Below, piece by piece: positions 59,207 to 64,000 of a stretch of DNA of 64,000 bases (its first letter is position 1; each line of letters opens with the position of its first letter). The notes beneath the pieces are model-generated. The model was not told the origin of the DNA, searched no databases, and worked only from the letters and a program-made list of their open reading frames with translations. The stretch is from Iphione sp. A-MEVVRFRX5 (taxonomy: Eukaryota), in contig OZ320314.1 of assembly GCA_976226885.1 (NCBI GenBank), positions 35,836,001-35,900,000 on the forward strand, read 5' to 3'. Both the position numbers and the translations under genes were made by a program.

Positions 59207-60179
59207 TTGTTCAGACGTTAGTTTATAGCCCCCTTGTATTGTGCTGCAACCATGGCTTCCTCTGATATGCTTCTTATATACCTGTGCCTATAGTAATGTG
59301 CACACGTCCCTTCCAATCTGACAGGAGGCAGGAATACGGTTCACGGTCAGAGTAGTCTCGTTATTCAAAACATATGGTGAGCCTCTCTGACGTACACCGA
59401 ATAGTCTCTGAATGTAATCTCATAGTGTTTCATTAATCACTGGGTCTTTTCTCCTACGTATATTTAATAGTGCACCTCTAGTAGAGATAACAATGCGAAA
59501 CCTTTTGACTGGATTAGAGAGAGAGAGAAAGATGTTTACATGTATTAGAAAGTCCACAGTTAACAGAAAAAAAACTCCCAGGAAGTTGCCGTCGGTGCAT
59601 AGATTGGAATACATATACATGTACAATAAAAGTCAATGTCACTCAGTGGGGGAGCTTTGACATAGGAGGATATTCACATCATTTAATTATACTAATCTGC
59701 ATGTTTTCACTCTTAATGACGAACAATTCTGCTCATTAGCAGGGAGTATGGTAATGTACATGTGCTAATTGTATCCCTGTACAGTTATGGTCGATCCACG
59801 TTGTTTGAATTCTCAGTCGTTACTTAAGACAGCATAAAATGATTTGAGATTTTGAAATTCGGCTTATAAATCTATGTTTGGGGGAATTGTCTATGTGTAC
59901 AATGAGGCTTACTGACTATAAATTCAATGATTGATTTTATGTAGTTCAGTTAAAATTAATGTCACTGACAATTTATGTCAGTCACGCATTCACATCAACG
60001 GATCAGTTAGCACGAACAACATATATGTACATGTAAACCCGCCCCCTGCTCCATTCATTGCTTTTGGGTTGATTGGTTCTCTGGAGGTGGGGGAGGGGTG
60101 TTGAGGATAGTCCGATATTGAGGTATGAATGTCTGAAAAGCTTTCCCTTCAAATCCTGGAAGATATATACGTGTATATA

Positions 60180-60265
60180 TAGAGAGAGTGAGAGAGAGAA
60201 ATAGACAGAAAGAGACAGAAAGAGAGAGATGTACAGATATATATGAGAGGGAGAAAGAGAAGGGG
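60180..60265. repeat. Purine-rich (AG)/(AGAC) low-complexity microsatellite
   Basis: agagagagtgagagagagaaatagacagaaagagacagaaagagagag... Confidence 0.85.
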
Positions 60266-63200
60266 ACTTCTCCTAAAGAGATGTCATACAGGCATATCTG
60301 CTATCTCCGTAGCTCGTGACATACAGAGATGGTCTAAATATCCTGCAAAATATTTGCATGCTGTACTAACAGATATGCTTGAACTTGTTGAATACCAAAA
60401 CAACAGTTGTCAATTTTTTTTCGGACTGCGTTTTTCTGCTGACATATCACATCGGTAGAGAGTATAGAAGCTGGTCTGAAATGAAGGGATTAATTTAATC
60501 AATCTCCTCTGGGATCAAAATTCAGGAGATACTCTGTTGTTCCACCACACATATGCATAGATAAGTTACTATGTCACAGTTGACTGACTGCTTCTCAATG
60601 AAGGTAGAGCTTCTTAAAGTGAACTAATGTAGCCGACCTTTTGGTCCCCTATGTCTAGACATAAATGCATAGGACACGAATATCCTAAAGAGGATGTCTG
60701 GACATGTCACTAGTCAGTACATTTGAAAACAACGCGAATCGTAGACTTGTGGAAATGTCTAAACTTAGATGCGAGTAAGGTTTTTATTTGCGAGTCTGAG
60801 GCATTGTCTTTCTTATGAAAGCGTATTATTTACCTGCTCCGTTTTTGTTAACTTGCTGTGTGCGTGCGCGAGGTTGCTCTGCAGGAGATCTTGGCTTGAT
60901 TGTCGTAAGAATCTCCCTGCATGGCGAGACCTTAGTCAAACATGTCAACTTTAGAGAAAATATCGTCATTGATACGTGCTAACTAGCCTTTTGCATGTCC
61001 CATTTTTCAAAGCTAGGCGACATACACCTAGGTGGTGGGATCGATAGGCATCTGCATTTACATTTTGGTACATGTATGGTGTACATGCCCTCATTCTAAT
61101 CCGTCCTTTTTGTATTTGCTAGTTGTGCCATTTAACTATTTACAGCAGCAAGTTAGAATTAATACCACCAATCGAACTGGACAAAACAACCCTTAACTAT
61201 GAGTTGCCCTCCTAACTGAATTATTTATATATTTAATTATATAAAATATGAACCATGGGAACCAACCAAATTTGCCCTTATTAATGAGTTGCCCTGCTAG
61301 TTGAGTTTCCCACGAGGTGGGTTGCCACTGTATTCAACTCCAACTTGTGGGAGCATTTTATTTAATACTTTTATTAAGAACATGTAATGAAACTACTTCC
61401 AGATGTGAGGAACATGTAGACAGGTGTCTGATGATGCCTATAAAGGAGAAAACGGTTCGTCTTGATTCAACATTCTGAAGAAAAGAGGCATTCCACCTAC
61501 CACCAGGCTTATTTTTGTGTGTGCATGTGCCAGAATTTGTCTTCTATCATAGAATGGCTAGTTTTCATGCAACCAAACTTTAGAGTAACGACTCAAGTGA
61601 GAGCAACGTCAGAATGGAAGACACTCATCGTTGATGATTAATCGAATTCTATTCGAAAACCTTTATTTATGGGAGAAAAATCACCCATTAAAGCACCCTG
61701 CAAACCTATCCTTCTATACCTCTACCTCCGCCCGGGGACTTATCGAATACATAACATCAATCTAAACTAAACACATACATACATATAAATTATAAGTCGA
61801 AGCCAAGTTGTCTATAGATTGTGCGAGTCGATTTCGACAATAATGCAAAATATTATCCCAATGGAGAACTGTTGAGGAAAAAACAACTATCGAAGTAATT
61901 GCATTAGAATTTCAAGCTGACGTGCCTGGAATAAGAATGGAAAAGAAGTAACATTACAAAATTATTCCAGCACGTCATGTTTTGGGAAGCTGTTGATTGA
62001 TCCTGACTCTCGTGGTGTTTGTATCAATATTGCACGGTCGAATGTTCTACTTAATTGAGTAATCAATACCTACTTCGGTCGATATTATTCCCTCGTGTTT
62101 TTTTTCACAGGAAGATAATGACACTTAAGGAGGGGTTGGAGTATGCTAAAATGGCGAAAATTACAGCACTGCAGCCTCGGTTGGATTTTTTTCATTCACC
62201 TAGCCCTGACTAAGAGACAATGGTTAGTTACTTGTTTGAAACCCTCTTTGTTTGTGACGGAGATGGGTTTTGAATCTTTTGTCACTGGACATTAAGTTCC
62301 CAGTTGTCTCTGGCAAGACGCAGTCACCATTGGCACCAACGAGGTCACCTTCTGGTCGCCCCTTCACTGTTCGCTCAATCAGCATGGGTCATTGCCTCTA
62401 AGGAGGGTGCGGGAAAGATGCCTCTCGTAAAAAGCGTCAAGTCCATGCTTAATGCATGCGAATGTGCCAATCACGGCCACAATGGCCGACACAAGTGGCC
62501 GCATGTAGACAATATCGACATGAAATTACATGGAAACAGCTGCCGTGGCTTGCTGGGCCGAGCATGTCGCGGCGTTGGGCTGTTTATGCTGCAGTGAGTG
62601 ACGGGTGTTAATTATGTGGCCGCTTTTCGGTACGCGGGGTTTATTTTGCGTTTTTATCTCGCGTGGTTTGAAGTCTGCGGGCTGCTGTGCGGTGGCGGGA
62701 GGGGTTTTCCCCCCTGCCTGTCACGCCAACCATGACCGGGGTAATTCACATCAAGCCCCCCTGTGCCCCACTGACGGCACCCCGTGCCTGACGCCCCTGC
62801 CCTGCAACCCACCCCGCAATCATCATCAAAACCAACCGGCACCCACCTTATGCCCCCCCCCCCCCAATTCTTCCAACCCACCCCCAGGTCTACCGTGGGA
62901 GTGAGGCTAGGTCCCTGCAACCTCCAGTCGTTTCCACCTGGCCGCACGCTTCGGCGCAGCCTCGCTAAACAAGCAATAATTACTCGGCTTTCGCGGTAAC
63001 CATGGCAACCTGCAACGTGAGGCTGCTTACCTGGACTGTTGCCCCTTCCCTTAACAGGGCCCGTCAACCCAACACTCCTCTCCCCAGTAGTCTCCCATCC
63101 CCACCACAATCTCTCCGTCCGCAGGTAACCTGCAACCTTCCTCTCTCTTCAGTTCCGAGCACAGCCAGAGGTTTAGGAGTTTCCCGCGTCGCCGGAGCAA

Positions 63201-64000
63201 TGAGAGAGTATGACTGGACACTACGAGGCCGCCATGGAACGGTCCACCTTGCGTGAACCTCCCCCCCCCCCCCACTTCCAACCCCCGCCACCGCAACCCC
63301 AGCCCACCCCCGCCACCTCCTCGCCGGACAAACACTCCTACTGGCTGTGTAATATTGGTGTTTGCCCGACGCTGATGGAGTCGGGACTTTGCACCGGAAA
63401 GGGGAGCCCGGTGGCGGCGCCAATATGAAGTCGCCGGCGGCGGGCGCTGCCATCAAAAGGAACCCCGTAGAAACGGAGGGAAATTATCAGCAAATAAGTT
63501 GGCCACGTAGACATGCATTATGAGCAATTATAGAGGATGCAAGGAGCTATTGACGGGCGGCAATGGAGGCCACAGGTTACGGCTCCTTCAGTATACATGT
63601 ACCCGTTAGCATCGCCGGGGAGGTTATGCGCATCGACATTATTAAAGCAGGTGAGTAACGTGTGCGTGTGTATTTCCGGCTGTCCCAGGCAGCCGCGCCA
63701 TAACGCAGCTTTGTCTCCCACCTCGCTTGGCGTGCCGTTATAATAAGTACGGCTGTTGTAACCAAGGGTCGCCTCAACGGCTGTAAGTAGGGTGACTATT
63801 ACATTGCGTAGCTGCACCGTCTCCCTGTGTACGTTGCTGGCCACTCTGCGCCCTCTCCAGGTACACTATGGGTGCCTATTCGTCAGGAGTACATTACAGC
63901 CCTTTCCCGGGTGGGATTCCTGCCCATCCCGGTCGTGGCGGCACTTTGGCAAGTATCTCACCTGCCCATCGTGCGCCCTTGGATTACCTCACCGCAATGG

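Noticed and set aside
62455-62505. CECANHGHNGRHKW resembling a CCHC zinc knuckle
   Set aside because: Does not fit CX2CX4HX4C, and there is no gag/pol context.
1-64000. CRISPR arrays, rRNA, prokaryotic operons, and the many 60-160 aa ORFs in the track
   Set aside because: No regularly spaced direct repeats or rRNA-like sequence seen. The short ORFs lack recognisable domains and fit random expectation for non-coding eukaryotic DNA.

Overview
This is eukaryotic genomic DNA, probably from an invertebrate animal, and is mostly non-coding. One feature dominates: an apparently full-length, intact non-LTR retrotransposon (LINE, CR1/L2-group-like ORF2) on the minus strand at about 18072-24616. It has three open ORFs. 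ORF1 (637 aa from the first in-frame ATG) has N-terminal repeats, a coiled coil and an L1-type RRM/CTD, fused to a C-terminal NADAR (YbiA/DUF1768-like) domain. A 235-aa SGNH/GDSL esterase ORF starts in frame one codon after the ORF1 stop. After a 617-nt spacer comes a 942-aa AP-endonuclease/reverse-transcriptase ORF2, then a 3'UTR with hairpins, AATAAA and an A19 tail. A perfect 13-bp GC-rich complementarity links the 5'UTR to a site about 120 nt upstream of the ORF2 AUG, and a 5-codon uORF ends 9 nt before it; this resembles a ribosome-shunt arrangement. The best candidate for a new system is a retrotransposon carrying a putative ADP-ribosyl-hydrolase (NADAR) on its RNP protein. The rest of the window has microsatellites, a strongly over-represented TACATGTA palindrome, a few GC-rich low-complexity islands and weak relics of older LINE endonucleases. 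I could not identify any host gene, tRNA, rRNA or CRISPR array. All domain calls come from motif recognition by eye; no searches were run.
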